From Hydrolagus colliei (Eukaryota), in assembly GCA_035084275.1 (NCBI GenBank), contig CM068757.1, positions 4,960,001 to 5,024,000 of the forward strand: a stretch of DNA of 64,000 bases, written 5' to 3'. Below are positions 12,511 through 24,800 of this stretch, one piece after another (the first letter of the stretch is position 1; each line of letters opens with the position of its first letter). The notes below the pieces were generated by a model, which was given only the letters and a program-made list of their open reading frames with translations, had not been told where the DNA came from and made no database searches. The translations under genes were made by a program, and so were the position numbers.

Positions 12511-13354
12511 GCACTCCACCTCGGTCTAAGGCTGGAGCTTGGGACTGAAGGAAATGGAAGTTAGATTCTTCAGCTTTTATTTTAAATATATGAAACCTGC
12601 CCTTGTAATGCAGGACTTAAAAGGGATTTCTCTATCAATCGTTCTCTTCAATGCTACAAAACGTTATTAGCCATATCAGAGAGTGATTAATTTAGTGCTG
12701 AGGCTAATGGTTCTATAATCCCATTTACATTACATCAGTAAATTCACTTCCACTCTGAATTTTTCAATCAAAATGCAGTCTGAAACAATGGAGGTTAATT
12801 GACTTGCGTGACACAGGAATGGAAAAATAGCCCCACTGTTACTAACTTCTCAGGTTCAAAAGCAAATGGGAGAAACTGGCAGCACTTGGATGCTGGTCTT
12901 CTCTTCTAGTTGACATGGATTCATTGGATTAATTGTGAATTTTTAACATAAGCAATCAGATTAAATTAAATTAAATTTTGCTGCTCTTCATGAATGCAGC
13001 AAGCATTAACTAATCTCTCCTTAACCCAAATTACTTGGTTGGATACCTAGCATTGGATCAATCCTTTAATGTTATTTGTTAAGGTTTTTCCGATTTGCAT
13101 CTCAATTAGTAACACCCTCTCCCCACAACATAATATTGCATACAAGGCACCTGTGATGTAATCTAGAACAAAATAAATAATAACACATGAGGTCCCACAC
13201 AAAAGAGATAACATTTTTTTAAAGTAAATGAACCCTCACCCAAAAATAGGTTAACCTCATAGATGTTCAAAAACAAATCTAAAATTGTTTCTTAAAGATT
13301 TAAAACAATTCAACAGTTTCACAGGATGTGCCAGTAATTATTGGCTTTGTATAG

Positions 13355-13500
13355 TTATTATTTCGCAGTTATTTGTGAGATTTTGCAGCATGCAAATTGG
13401 CTGCCGTGCTTACCCACAAAACACAGTCACTACTCGAGGATCTGTGATGTGCTTTGAGATAAATACTGTTGCCTTATCAAATGTAAGGTTTATTAATAAT
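13355..13500 (+). mobile_element. Older Deu-type SINE 3' fragment
   Basis: ttgtgagattttgcagcatgcaaattggctgccgtg...gctttgagat...tatcaaatgtaagg. Confidence 0.65.
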
Positions 13501-13989
13501 TTAGTCAACACACTATGTGTATATGCTTCAAATTACACTACAAGCTGCTGAGTTTTTATGGTTTTAATACTCTGAAATCATTTGCAATTCGGGAAAACAT
13601 ATGGAACACACGGGAGACTGTTTGACGTTTATTTCAATAAAGAATCAAATTTGACTTTGAGTCCAACCAGTTTTGATCTGATTAAGTGTGGTGGAATGAA
13701 AGCTTCCTCCCTCATCTTTCCAACATCTCAAGTGAAAGAATCTCAGGCAATCAATCCATCCCCCAGTGACTCGGATGGCACAGATCAAAGCAGCCAGGAG
13801 TTAACACTAATGAGGACTAATTGTGGACACTCCGGCTTAGACGAGAGGTCACGTTCGATGTCAGAAACGTGGAAATTATATTGAAATGCAGCACCACATT
13901 CTTTTCGGTCTGTCTATTGCACAAAAAAATATTATGAAAGTGTGGAATACCAGTTTTCTTTGCGACAAAGATGACATTAAAATTACATT

Positions 13990-15010
13990 ACATTGGTTCA
14001 TTTGCGTAGAGTCATTCTGAAAGTACCTTTAACTCTAAAGCTAACTGTAATTTCGAAAATAGACTTGGACCCCAGCATAATAGTATCATCTGTGCACATG
14101 AATGATCTGAATTGGCTCGAGACCTCAGGGAGTTCATTAATACACGGTGTAAAAAGCAAAGACAGAATGTTGATCGTTGTGGGAGTCCCAGCCTTCACCA
14201 GTCTTCATTTTGATGAATGATTCTTAAATTCAAACAGGGGCTTAACTATGATGTGCACCAATCTCTTGTTTTAATGCAAATTTTAGTTGTTAAAAGAGCA
14301 TGTACCACTGGGACAGTGAAGACAATAAGATAACAATCAAAACGCAACATAAATACCGTATAAATACATCAATGCACAATGAGAAGAGTCGTCATAATCC
14401 GACTTAGATTTCACTCATTACTCTGACATTCATTTGTACAATTGAGCTGCTTTTGCATTGCTGAAGTTAAGACACCTCTTCAATGGATTGAAAGTTAAAC
14501 AAACCATTTTGGTTGCACTGTATTTGTCCAAAGCTTGGTCGTTTGTAGATGCTGATACTCCGACAATATGTCCTTAGTCTACCCCTTTCCAATGATATTA
14601 AAAATGTTAGCAACTCATGTTTTAAAATTACTTTCAAGTATTTTGAAACATTTCTCCTACGTAAAAGCATTAGAAAAAGTTGCCTTGCGATTTTGAGAAG
14701 ATTTTGAGCTGTCTTTGCTATGTTTCATGGTTGGTATTGCAATTGGATCATCACCATTAAAGATGGGATGCAAACTCTTTCTCTGAACCTGTGTTATGCT
14801 TCACTGAAAAAGTATCTAGGGTTTGATCTTCACAATTAGCTCATAGGTTTGTGAACTGTTTAGAAACGTTACCGCATACAAACTCATAACATAGAAACCA
14901 GTTTAATCCCCTAGCCCATTGGAAGGTCTGAAAAAAATTCCAATATTCCACTGATGCACAGAAAAATAATTATTTTGAGTAATTGATTAAAGCATAAGTC
15001 AATTGAAAAT
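13990..15010 (-). mobile_element. Decayed non-LTR reverse transcriptase (L2/Crack/CR1 group)
   Basis: Minus-strand motifs in correct order across frameshifts: HPIFNGDD..QYQP (cf. PIFKKGD..NYRP), VSKYLKVIL (cf. SKILEKI), HALLTTK...DWCTS*L (cf. H.ILL.KL...WF.SYL), GTPTTINILSLLFTPCINELP...FMCTDDT (cf. GVPQGSILGPLLF..YINDLP...MYADDT). Confidence 0.7.
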
Positions 15011-15382
15011 GTTGTCTTTAATTCTGGTCAGTGTGTTTGTAAGCAGAAACCAATTACAACGAGATCATTACTTTCATGCCTGTAGCAGTTTTATTTTAAT
15101 AAAGCCAGATTGAAAGTACACAGTGGAAACATCACAAGCCCCTTTGAAAGTGTTTTAATTTGGGATAGAGTCCCTGAATCAGTGTTTGGAGATATACAGT
15201 CAATCAAGAACTGTCAATTGCGAAAATGTGAGTGTAATTAAATTGAACTCGGTGTCCAAACAAAAACAGTTTGTGGTGAAGGTTTGATGATCTAGAGACA
15301 ATGTAAATTCACATTGAAAGGTACACTATTGTACTAATCTAGAGGAGGGCAAGACTCTGTATTATGTTGGAAACATATTATT

Positions 15383-15505
15383 TCAGCGCCTTGGGATGTT
15401 CTCCCGATGTCCTGAGACGCTATTCAGCGTGGAGGGTGCTATATAACTCAAAGTTGTTGTTGTTGACGTGAAAAGTGCTATACGAATGTAATTTTGTTGT
15501 TGTTT
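15383..15505 (+). mobile_element. L2 3' tail interrupted by a second retroposon tail
   Basis: cagcgccttgggatgttctcccga [tgtcctgagacgctattcagcgtggagggtgctatataactcaaagttgttgttgttga] cgtgaaaagtgctatacgaatgtaattttgttgttgtt. Confidence 0.75.
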
Positions 15506-16555
15506 GCATGTCTGGTAAGGTAGATTGGTCGCGTCTCATCAAATCCCTTGCATTATTCCTCATCAGCGAGACTCGGCACAAATCAAGAGAATAGAGATGC
15601 AGTTAGCTTTGCTTTCCGACAGTGTACCATCAATGTTGTGTTTATTGTTTTGTGTGATTACAATGGTTAATTCAAAAAAAGCATTTTGTAACTGCTGGGC
15701 AAAGCAGGATCATGTTTTTGGAAAGAAACAGCAGTGAGCAGAATGCAGTTCTGTTTAACTTAGTGCCGTTGTGAATGAGCCAATTGTACTTGTCCTTTAT
15801 TTCTGAATGACCTATAAATTTGACCTGCAGCCTTGCGAACTTCTTTGGCTGAATCTCCTAAGGAAAGTTGAATTTTGGATTCAGTTTACACATAGGGAAC
15901 AAGGCTGCTACTCATTAGTAGGCTACCGGCAGATACTGCCAGAGTGTCAGAGTATCATCCGTCGAGGGAACAGAAACTCAGCACCTGTCACTGCAGGCAT
16001 GAACGGGACCCTGTCCGTCAGAGTTGAACCTGAAAATCAGTGATAAGGTGACTTGAAAGGACTGTAAAGGAGTTTTGGTAGCTCCACACAAGGTTGGCTA
16101 ATGAATCTCACAGGGAACTGTTCCCAAGTGGGTCTATGCCTGGTATCTTGCCTTCAGAACAGCCACATAGGGATAACAATCTTTGTATTATCTGTTCTGC
16201 CATCACAAAGTAATATCTTTGTCTTCAAAAGCAAGTATAACTTCACAAGGGACTGAATCCCATTGGATAGGCTTCATCTAGAAGATCCATAAAGTCAAGA
16301 TGTATAAATATGATAATTCTGTACAATTAAGTTCCTGCAAATATTTTCAACAGTTGTTTTCTGTCTTTCACAGCTTGAGGACCAAATGAACTGCTTATTA
16401 CTGAAGTGGATCAATGGATCTAAGTAAATATTCTTACAGTCTCTATCAACGTTACCTTGAGAGCAGCGAGTTGGTGGAGAAGAAAAATTGTGACCCAAGC
16501 TAGAAGATGGCAACTTGGCATTGTATCTCTGGATCCTGCTATTATGTACAATTTT

Positions 16556-16709
16556 GGTAGCTCAGTGGAAAGACCTGGGCTCGATTCCCAGCAGGGAAAG
16601 CTGCTGGGCAAGTCAATTCACTTTACAGTATATTCTGTGAAGCACTTTGATATGTCTTGAAAATTCAACAAGACCCAATATCAAATGCAAGGATTATTAT
16701 TATTATAAT
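16556..16709 (+). mobile_element. Internally deleted SINE (tRNA head joined to tail)
   Basis: A-box tagctcagtgg and B-box ggctcgattcc run directly into agtcaattcactttacagtatattctgtgaagc...gcaaggattattatt. Confidence 0.8.
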
Positions 16710-16771
16710 TCAGTAGGATTACTCCTATTTCTGGGTAAGTCATAATGCAAATATAACAATGATAATCTTTG

Positions 16772-16880
16772 CAAAACACAAAATACTACAGATGCTGGAA
16801 ATCTGAGGGACAAAAAGAGAGGCCGCTGGAACACTCAGCAGGTCAGGCAGCATTGATGGAGAAAGGCAGAACAGAGAGAG
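16772..16880. mobile_element. Penelope-like element terminal fragment
   Basis: tacagatgctggaaatctga...gctggaacactcagcaggtcaggcagcat..tggaga, recalled as a common chondrichthyan Penelope-type terminus. Confidence 0.6.
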
Positions 16881-18271
16881 CAAAGGTGTATCTGGGACCC
16901 AGGTGATGTGACAATGGTCACAGAAGAGGGGTAAGGGTAAATTGAGCTTTTATGGTCTGAATTGGAAAAGCTTGGATTTGATATTGACCATTGATGTCAG
17001 AAAGACGTCTAAAAGCACGTTCATGCAAATTGTAGTGACTGAATTGTGTAGGCAAATATAATACAGTAATAATAAAAATTCTTGCATTTTATACAAGGCC
17101 TTAGGTTAACAACATGTTTCAAGGCACTTGATATGACTTACTGTAAAATTGAGTCACTTTTTTTTAAAGGTGGAATATCATCTGAACCCTTGATATTTAA
17201 AACTAGGTCTCACCTGCTTGGTGCATGAATTATCTCGTGACACTAAAATGGTTATTTTTGCTTTAAAAGTTTATTACAATGTATTTTTAAAGAGAATAAA
17301 CTGATTGTTACCACTGGCATGAACTAGTTAACTCCTGCCCGTCTCACCTGGTCTATTGCCACAGACAGTGCCATATGTATCAGTTTGTTTGAGGTCTTTA
17401 TCCTTCATCTCTATTTTTCACACATTCGGATTATCTCTCTGTTATTTTCGGTTTAAGACTTCCAGCAATGTAGTAGTTTCCTGTCTTGTCCCTCACTGCT
17501 TTGCTGAATGTGATCAAACTACACAAGATGGATTTCATTTCAGAGCATCACTGCTTGAAGGCTTTTCTGGCCTTTTCCATTCAGTGCTTTCCTCTCACAG
17601 GCAATACATGTGATCAACTAGTTCAGGCAACATAGGCTGAAAATACCAAGCTTAATTTCCTGGTCATTCATCAATAGGCTGTTTGTGGGACATTGCTGCA
17701 CTCAAATTGTCTGTTGCTTTCACCTTACATTTTTCACCATTACATTTTACACTAAAATCTGATAAAGACTTTTCAATGATGTGATGAGGCGTTATATTAA
17801 AAGGAAGGATTATTATTTCTTGAACACACGCAAAAGATTGACTTTTTGGGCTGTCCAGTAGGACCCTGCATCCATCAGAATGATCGAAGTGTGGAGTGTC
17901 TGTGGAAATGGGATAAATCAGGTAAAAATTTACCCCATCCATAAAGGCGGGGTAAATTCTTGTTTGTGGGATACCAACAGATGGCTCCCCTCTCTGATTA
18001 ACTGGCTTCCTCCACTCAGGGTCCCTGGTCTGCTATTTTGTTTGACCGCAAAGTGAGATTTTAGCTTTGCTTTGTAAAATGTTGGTCCTACAACAGATTC
18101 GAGGTTTATTTGGTTTCCATTCATTTTGCCTTCGTAGAGTTTATCTCCTGGGGGATGGGGGCAGAAACTAACTAGATCTCTGCCCCCATCCCTAGGTCTT
18201 GGTTGAATCAATTAACTGTCAGTGATTGGCCTAAAATCATCGATTTTTAGTGTCAGTCTATCTTTATAAGC

Positions 18272-18393
18272 TGCAATTAGCTGCCGCATTTCGCCCACAA
18301 CTATTCAGTCCATTTTCTCTACAGTATGAGCGCTTTGTAGCGCTTTGAGACGTCTAGAAAAGCGCTATATCAAATGCAAGGATTATTATTATT
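18272..18393 (+). mobile_element. Deu-domain SINE 3' fragment
   Basis: gcaattagctgccgcatttcgcccacaa...gcgctttgagacgtctagaaaagcgctatatcaaatgcaaggattattatt. Confidence 0.85.
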
Positions 18394-19309
18394 AACTGCT
18401 TTGAAAAAATGCCACATTTTCGCTCCACGTTAATGGTATCATAGCTGAACATGGGATGTCTTGAAGTGCGAACCTTTAAAGATTCGCTGCCACTCAGATA
18501 CTGAAACAAAATGCATTGGAATAGCTACATCAATTGGTCCTTGGTTTCTGGTGATGAACACTGAAGCCTTGCACAAGTGCTCACTGCTCCTGCAGCTCAG
18601 GTAGCTTGCTGTGTATCGGCTTATGCCTTTCAACATCAAGATCTCATAGATTGAATGCTTGTTATTCTTTGCTATGCCTTGGATCCCCTGCTCAACAGGG
18701 ACATAATCCTTGCCTGCGGGCTGCACAGAAGATGACCAGCACTTGGTTTTTTTTTACAGGTTAGCTTTACAATTGACATGGTGTTCCTGGTAGATACTAA
18801 AAACAGCCTTGTTCTTTGTATAATGCATCTGCCTTAAAATGCCATTTTTAAAAATGAGGGTCACATTCAAACATACTGCTCAGCTTGAGTTTACTCTCTC
18901 TCTCTCCCCCACCCCCACCCCAACTTGCCCAAATTCCTAGTACAGTAATAATAATTGTTGCATTTGATATAGCATCTCATCATTGTGTTAAAGTGCCTCA
19001 TCAAATCATCAAAATGTCTCAAAGCACTCCACAGGATTTACTATGGAGTATATTTGTCAGGGAACAAACTAGTTGAAGTATTCAAACGAATATATTTAAC
19101 CGTTTCCCAAGATCGAGCTTTTAGACTTTGACTTTCATTAGTTGATAGGTTATGAAAGAAAGACAAATAATAAAGCTGCTGAACTACAGCCACCTAGTAA
19201 CAGATTGCCAGGACCGTGCTTCAGGTGTTGATATTCTATCTACTGTATATTCAGACATGTCAAACACACAGTCACTGGTCGACAACCACACTTGTCTGGT
19301 TCACCATCA

Positions 19310-19590
19310 GTGTGGCATAGTTTTAAAATCAGAACTAAGAGTTAGAACTGCGGAAAAAGAAGCAATTTTTCACACAGAGAGTTATGAAGATACGGAGTGC
19401 TCTGCCCCAGAAGAATTAGAGATGGGATCATTAGGCAAGTTTAAAAAAGAAATGAACCGATATTTGGGTACTAGATGTATTAAGATGAATGACAAAAGGA
19501 CAAAACCTTGTGATCTGCCAAGGTCTAATAAACTGGTGGCACAGTCTTGATGGGCTGAAAGACCTTCTTCTATTCTTAGTTTCTGATGAG
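19310..19590 (+). mobile_element. CR1 LINE 3' end (ORF2 C-terminus plus UTR)
   Basis: Frameshifted GHSFKI...QFFTQRVMKI..ALP...SLGKFKKEMNRYL (cf. GH..KL...FFTQRVV..WN.LP...FK..LD.Y), then gatgggctgaaagaccttcttct. Confidence 0.75.
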
Positions 19591-20247
19591 AAATGCTATT
19601 GAAGTAAGACCTCAAATTGTCCTTCCTAAGTGAGAAGGGCAATGAGTTCCCTGAGGTATTTACAGAACTTTTAGCAACCCACAACACAAAGAGCAATAAA
19701 ACAATTAATCAAAATCCAAACGGTGCCCTCAAGGAATTTGTTCAAAATAATTTAATATTCACATTTGCAGTGCCACACAATGCTTTACTTTAAGTTACAA
19801 GCGAAGTTTGTGCAGCAAAGAAATATAGCTAAAGCCTCTTTGTTAAGTGAAAATACGATCAGAAAACTTGTCACACCATCCTCCTGAGGAAAAGTCCAGT
19901 CTGTGTAAATTACTGGGCATCACATATTACTAGAAAAGGCTTCCCCTTGCAAAAGGAATGCTTCACATTAATCACTTACATATAACCACTTTTAACCATC
20001 ACAAATGCTGTTTCTAATCTTTCCAAAAGCAGCCAAAAGCACATTGATATATTGGTATTTACTTATGTGTTTTTCTTCAAAAGCAACCAAACAAATAACA
20101 GTATGGTCAAAAATAGCTTTGTACCTTGATCACTGCAACAAGAGCACATATTTTGCTCCATTGATTCAGAAGTCATGGGCAACCTATTCAGACAGGATAC
20201 AGAGGCAGTAAGAATAGAAGTTCTTCCGAATCGTAGAACTTCCACAG

Positions 20248-20312
20248 AATAACAACAATAACAAAATTACATTTGTGTAAAGCCTTTCACGTCGAGAGGA
20301 AGTCCCAAGGCC
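20248..20312 (-). mobile_element. L2 3' tail (hairpin-only copy)
   Basis: aacaacaataacaaaattacatttg...gcctttcacgtcgagaggaagtcccaaggcc. Confidence 0.85.
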
Positions 20313-20342
20313 ATTCGGCTCATTGTATTTGTGCTGATTATA

Positions 20343-20454
20343 TTTGCCCACAATTATACAGTCAATTCACTTCACAGTATATTCTGTGAAGCACTTTGAG
20401 ACGTCTAGAAGATGTGAAAAGCGTTATAAAAATTCAAGGATTATTATTATTATT
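20343..20454 (+). mobile_element. SINE 3' fragment
   Basis: gcccacaattatacagtcaattcacttcacagtatattctgtgaagc...ggattattattatt. Confidence 0.85.
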
Positions 20455-23400
20455 TTGAATAAGCAATTAGTTTCATTTCCATTTAATTGGTGTGCTCCGT
20501 ACTCAATTGGCTTTCAGATATTGCACTCATTTCATCTCAAAAGCTAACATGCTTTGAACATAATTCCCATCCCAACAACCCTCTGTTGTAAAAACAGCTC
20601 TCCTAATCTCCAACTCCCTTTGCACCTTTGAGAATTATTTTAATTTGTCCCTCTTGTCACTGACAACCAACCTTCCCCCAGCAACAGTGAATCTAACCAC
20701 ATGTTCCTCTCTCCTCACATCTCACTTATAAACTTAAGAGGTTAGATGAGAGAAAGATTTCGAGTTGTTTGTCAGTGGAGAATCTGCCCAACGAGAATAA
20801 TATCTTGCAGGCGAAACAGGACTCTTTTTAAAAAACACTTGGAAAGTTATGTGCCATTGTAGTTTTCAGTGGGAATTGTATTGTTTGCATCAATGACTTT
20901 AATTAAAGGTTAAATTGACGACAGAGAAAGGTAATGAGGGTTATTAGTAGAGGAGCATTACTCAATGGGCGGTGTTACTGTCTATTGTATATCACAGCAG
21001 GAGATGGAAAATGAATCCCAATTTTCATTGTTCTTGGGGAAAAGTAAGGAAGCCAAGCTCTTCCATTACCTATGGTAATAGGTATGGTAATGTGTGTCCA
21101 GGAACGCAGAGTGCATTATCAAGAGAATTGATCATAGGTTGGAAGTGACATTTGCAATTTCGCCAGCAGTCTGGACGTATTAATAAGACTTTTGTGATTT
21201 AAAACCACTTTCAAAACTCAGCTCAGCAAATTCAGGGATTCAGCCTCCTGCTGTTGCAACTACCCTGTTTACAACTGCAGGGAGTTTGAACAGCGGGGAG
21301 GACGAAAGAGACAGCAAGCAAAATATAGCTGTCACTGTCACGGCCGCTGAAACCTTCCCATTTCTCCTTGTGGAATCACTGAATTAGTCTAGCCTACGCT
21401 TGACTGAACAACGGCAGCAACTATGACAAAAAATGTAATTGTGGTTCATGATATATTTGGTAAAGAGGAGTGGCACATGCGATAACCTTTTGTGTTCCCG
21501 AATTTCCAGTGATTATTGACAAAACTCCATAAAAATAAGTTTGGTGCAAAAAACGATACTATGAGGAGCCACCAAATTTCAACCACTCCTGTTTGAGGCC
21601 GCAACCTTGTTGTGCTCTCTTCCCCACCCCCGCCCCCACTTAAGCCATGTGTGCTCACGGTGAAAAGTAAATTGTGTTGGGTGGTGAAAATAAACTCCAA
21701 ATGGATTACATAGCCTCTTTCCTGATTAATGCTTGCTACATTCCGAAAATGTATCGCCCCCAGTCGAGATTCAATGTGATGATGTCTTTCTTCTTGGTCG
21801 TTTTGGAGACAAAGACAGCCACAGAACTCACCACCGCAGCTTAAGACAAAAACAACCTCTTTCGCACATGCATTGACACTGCAACAAAGACCATGTTTCT
21901 GCAACGCGATGAAAATGGCTAAATTGATACAGCATTAACTTTCAGCCACAAACACAGGAGATCTGCTACCAATTGGCCTCCTGTGCAGACTTAAGCACAT
22001 GGATCACAACAGTTTGGAAAATTATTCAACGCCAAATAGGGTGCAGGATATTGTGTAGGTAAAGTTTACAGTCAGTGCAGGAAACATCAAATAGGCCAGC
22101 ATCTTGTGTGTCTATTACTCAAAAGTACAAAGGAGGGAAAAGCATTCATTGTATTACTCCTGTCAAATCACAGAATTTAACGTGTCCTATTGAGAAGACA
22201 TTTGGGGAGTGTTTACCTTATATTCCCATGGATATCAGGACAACTATTGCTTTGTAACACAAATGGTATCAAACCAATGGGCTCAACTCTTATGTGAAAC
22301 TAATTAATTTGATAAAACGCACTATATTTTCGACCTGAAATCAATCCTGGTCTGATCTTTATTGCTTTCAGCCAGCGCAGAATAAATGTAAAGTACACTG
22401 ATCAATAAAGCAAACAGAACAGCAAATACAGGTGCAGGAACTGCCACATCACTGAATTCACAAGTAATTATTTGAGTTAATTGAACAAGAAGTAAAAACA
22501 CCAAACCAATTATTTTCTATTGCAATTATTCCTCCTAACTGTGGACGTTTGTAGGCAGTCAGGAGGAATTTCTCTACCCTACCATCCCTTCCTCCCTCCA
22601 CAGCTCTTAGCTGCCTCTTTTGGAATTAAAATCCAACTAGTTTCCTCAACCTGTGGGATGCTGCAGCCATTTCCAATAAAACTTTCATCAATGGTGCTGC
22701 CAGTCAACAGAGAGGCTCACTGCTCCCAGTGTTGTGAGGATGATTAGGCCATAAACTGTTGGTTAGCTCATCGTACTGTAGCTGGCATTTCCTCCAGGGT
22801 ATTGAAGAGCTGGATTAAGGCGTTGGTGTGGAGTATTCCTCATATGTGATATTGAATATGGTCTTCTGCAACTTCATATCTGTCCCACCTTATGCTCTGT
22901 AGCTCTGCACTACAAGAATGGGACATGGAACTACTCTCACCTACACGCTGTCTTTCCATCAGAACATAAATCACACCAGTGATAATTGTAATTTGTTTAT
23001 AGATCCCTCTGTATTTACTGGCACTGGTTCCCCATTCCCCTGGCTATAATTTACAGCCTACGGTAACCTGCCCTGTTCTGTATTTCCTTGTTTTCGCCTT
23101 GGTCTGTTTTATACTTTAACAGTTCAATGCATTTGTCCATCTAAGTGAGATACTGGGCTATTATCAGTCTCAGATGGGCACAGCGAGACACTCTGACAAA
23201 CAGAGCACTGAGAGATTGATTCCTTACTCCTCCAGTCTTTGCAGGGAAATCAATTTCACTAACTTGTGGTTTGTGCTGACCTCGCCTTCACCTTGGGTTC
23301 CCACAAATCGCAGGGTCAGAACGAGGGGGAACAGAGTGGACTTTGTGAGATCTGACATACAACCAATGCTGGTCTGGTCCTGATCTTTCCTGCTCAAGAA

Positions 23401-24109
23401 GTCAAATGGTTTAGAAAGTGAATGCCACAAGGGACACAACAACTTCAGTTGTTTCATATCGTACACAAACACAGGGGAAAAAGATTAATTATAGTATAAA
23501 TGTTGGAGCTTGATGAGATGTACTATAAAGTGGTTTAATATTCTGCAATCCAGCTACGTGAGCAGTCTCTGCCTCTCCAGAGCTGTGATTCCAGCTTCTT
23601 GAAAATCCTTGGAATGGGGATTACATTGACAAGTCATTTTCAGTTCAGTGAATCGTAGAAGCCGCACTCGTACTTGTACTTGTACCTTTGTCATTTATTT
23701 CTGTCTCATACACTGGGAAACCGGCATTTATTCTAAGCGTACACAGTAATATTTTAAACAAACACTATTTTATGTTCTGCGATTTTTTCTCCCATCGTAG
23801 TTTAGCTAAATTACAATGATGCGTTTCAGTCTCACTGTTAAGGCAATTCACTATTCTCGCTTTAGCTCCTGTTCAGTGAAATTTTGCGAATGTGAAATAT
23901 AAACGTACTGAATCACTTTGGAAACTATTAAATTATAATGTGACGTAGGTTTTCTTCTGCAATGCTTTCCAGCTAATCTAATTAACTGCAGGTCCAATAT
24001 TCCATAGGATCTGTTGATGTTCTTTCCTGAAAAAGGTGCCTCAATAATGTTCATTATTAAAGTGACTGCTACCAGTGAGTGATATGTTGCAACTCAACAC
24101 TTCACATGG

Positions 24110-24800
24110 TTGAAGTTGCTTTGCACTAATGCCATACTGCACAGGTTATTGTTGTGAGCTATCAGCAAGCAGAGTTTCCTGGAGGTGCTGTGGGGCATAT
24201 CCCAACAGGTCCAGGCAGTGGAAGCCAACCTTCGGTATCCATAATGTCCTCATACCTCGTGACTGTATGTACCACATTGTATATATTGAAAGCCTGTGTT
24301 AATGTCCTCTCTCTATGGCCGTCCACACACAGTCTGTGATCATGTTCAAAGCAGTTTCAACAGAGCAGATGAAGTCATGTGTGTAACCAACATAATTGGC
24401 CTATACATGCTTGATCACATTTTGCATAATACAAACCACCTGTGTATTCACTGAATCATGTTGCACCTCTTCATTGAGGCTAAAAAGCTTTTCGGAGTGG
24501 AGGTAGAGGTATTGATTGACACATACACAGTTGACAACTCCAGGTTCCCTTGGAAACGTCGCCGTGATCATTTGTTGTGCAGCTACCTGCTGTTGTTCTG
24601 CCAGGAAGCCCTCATTAGCAGTGCATCTGAAACCTTTCCTGGACCTGCAAGGAGCCAGTGACAAAAAGGTTCAGGGCAGCAATGACCTTCATGGCTGGAG
24701 TTAACACAGCTGCTACGAGAGAGGAGTATTCCAGGTTTGATAGCATGTTAGTTATCACATTTCAACTCACGGGCATGAAGGCACACTGCTCTATTACGTG
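24110..24800 (-). pseudogene. Decayed PIF/Harbinger DDE transposase (HARBI1-like family)
   Basis: Ordered motifs across frameshifts: LTPAMKVIAALNLFVTGSLQ (cf. L...KV..AL.FFATGSFQ), KVSDAL, FPREPGVVNC (cf. FP.V.G.IDC), DSVNTQVVC...IKHV.ANYVGYTHD (cf. HS.NVQ.VCD...I..V.A..PGS.HD), YNVVHTVTR (cf. YN.AH..TR), PKVGFHCLDLLGYAPQH (cf. LK.RFRCLD.SGG.LQY). Confidence 0.85.

Noticed and set aside
22915-22945. Short LF-SINE-like motif gaatgggacatggaactactctcacc
   Set aside because: Too short, with no colinear flanking similarity that I could establish.
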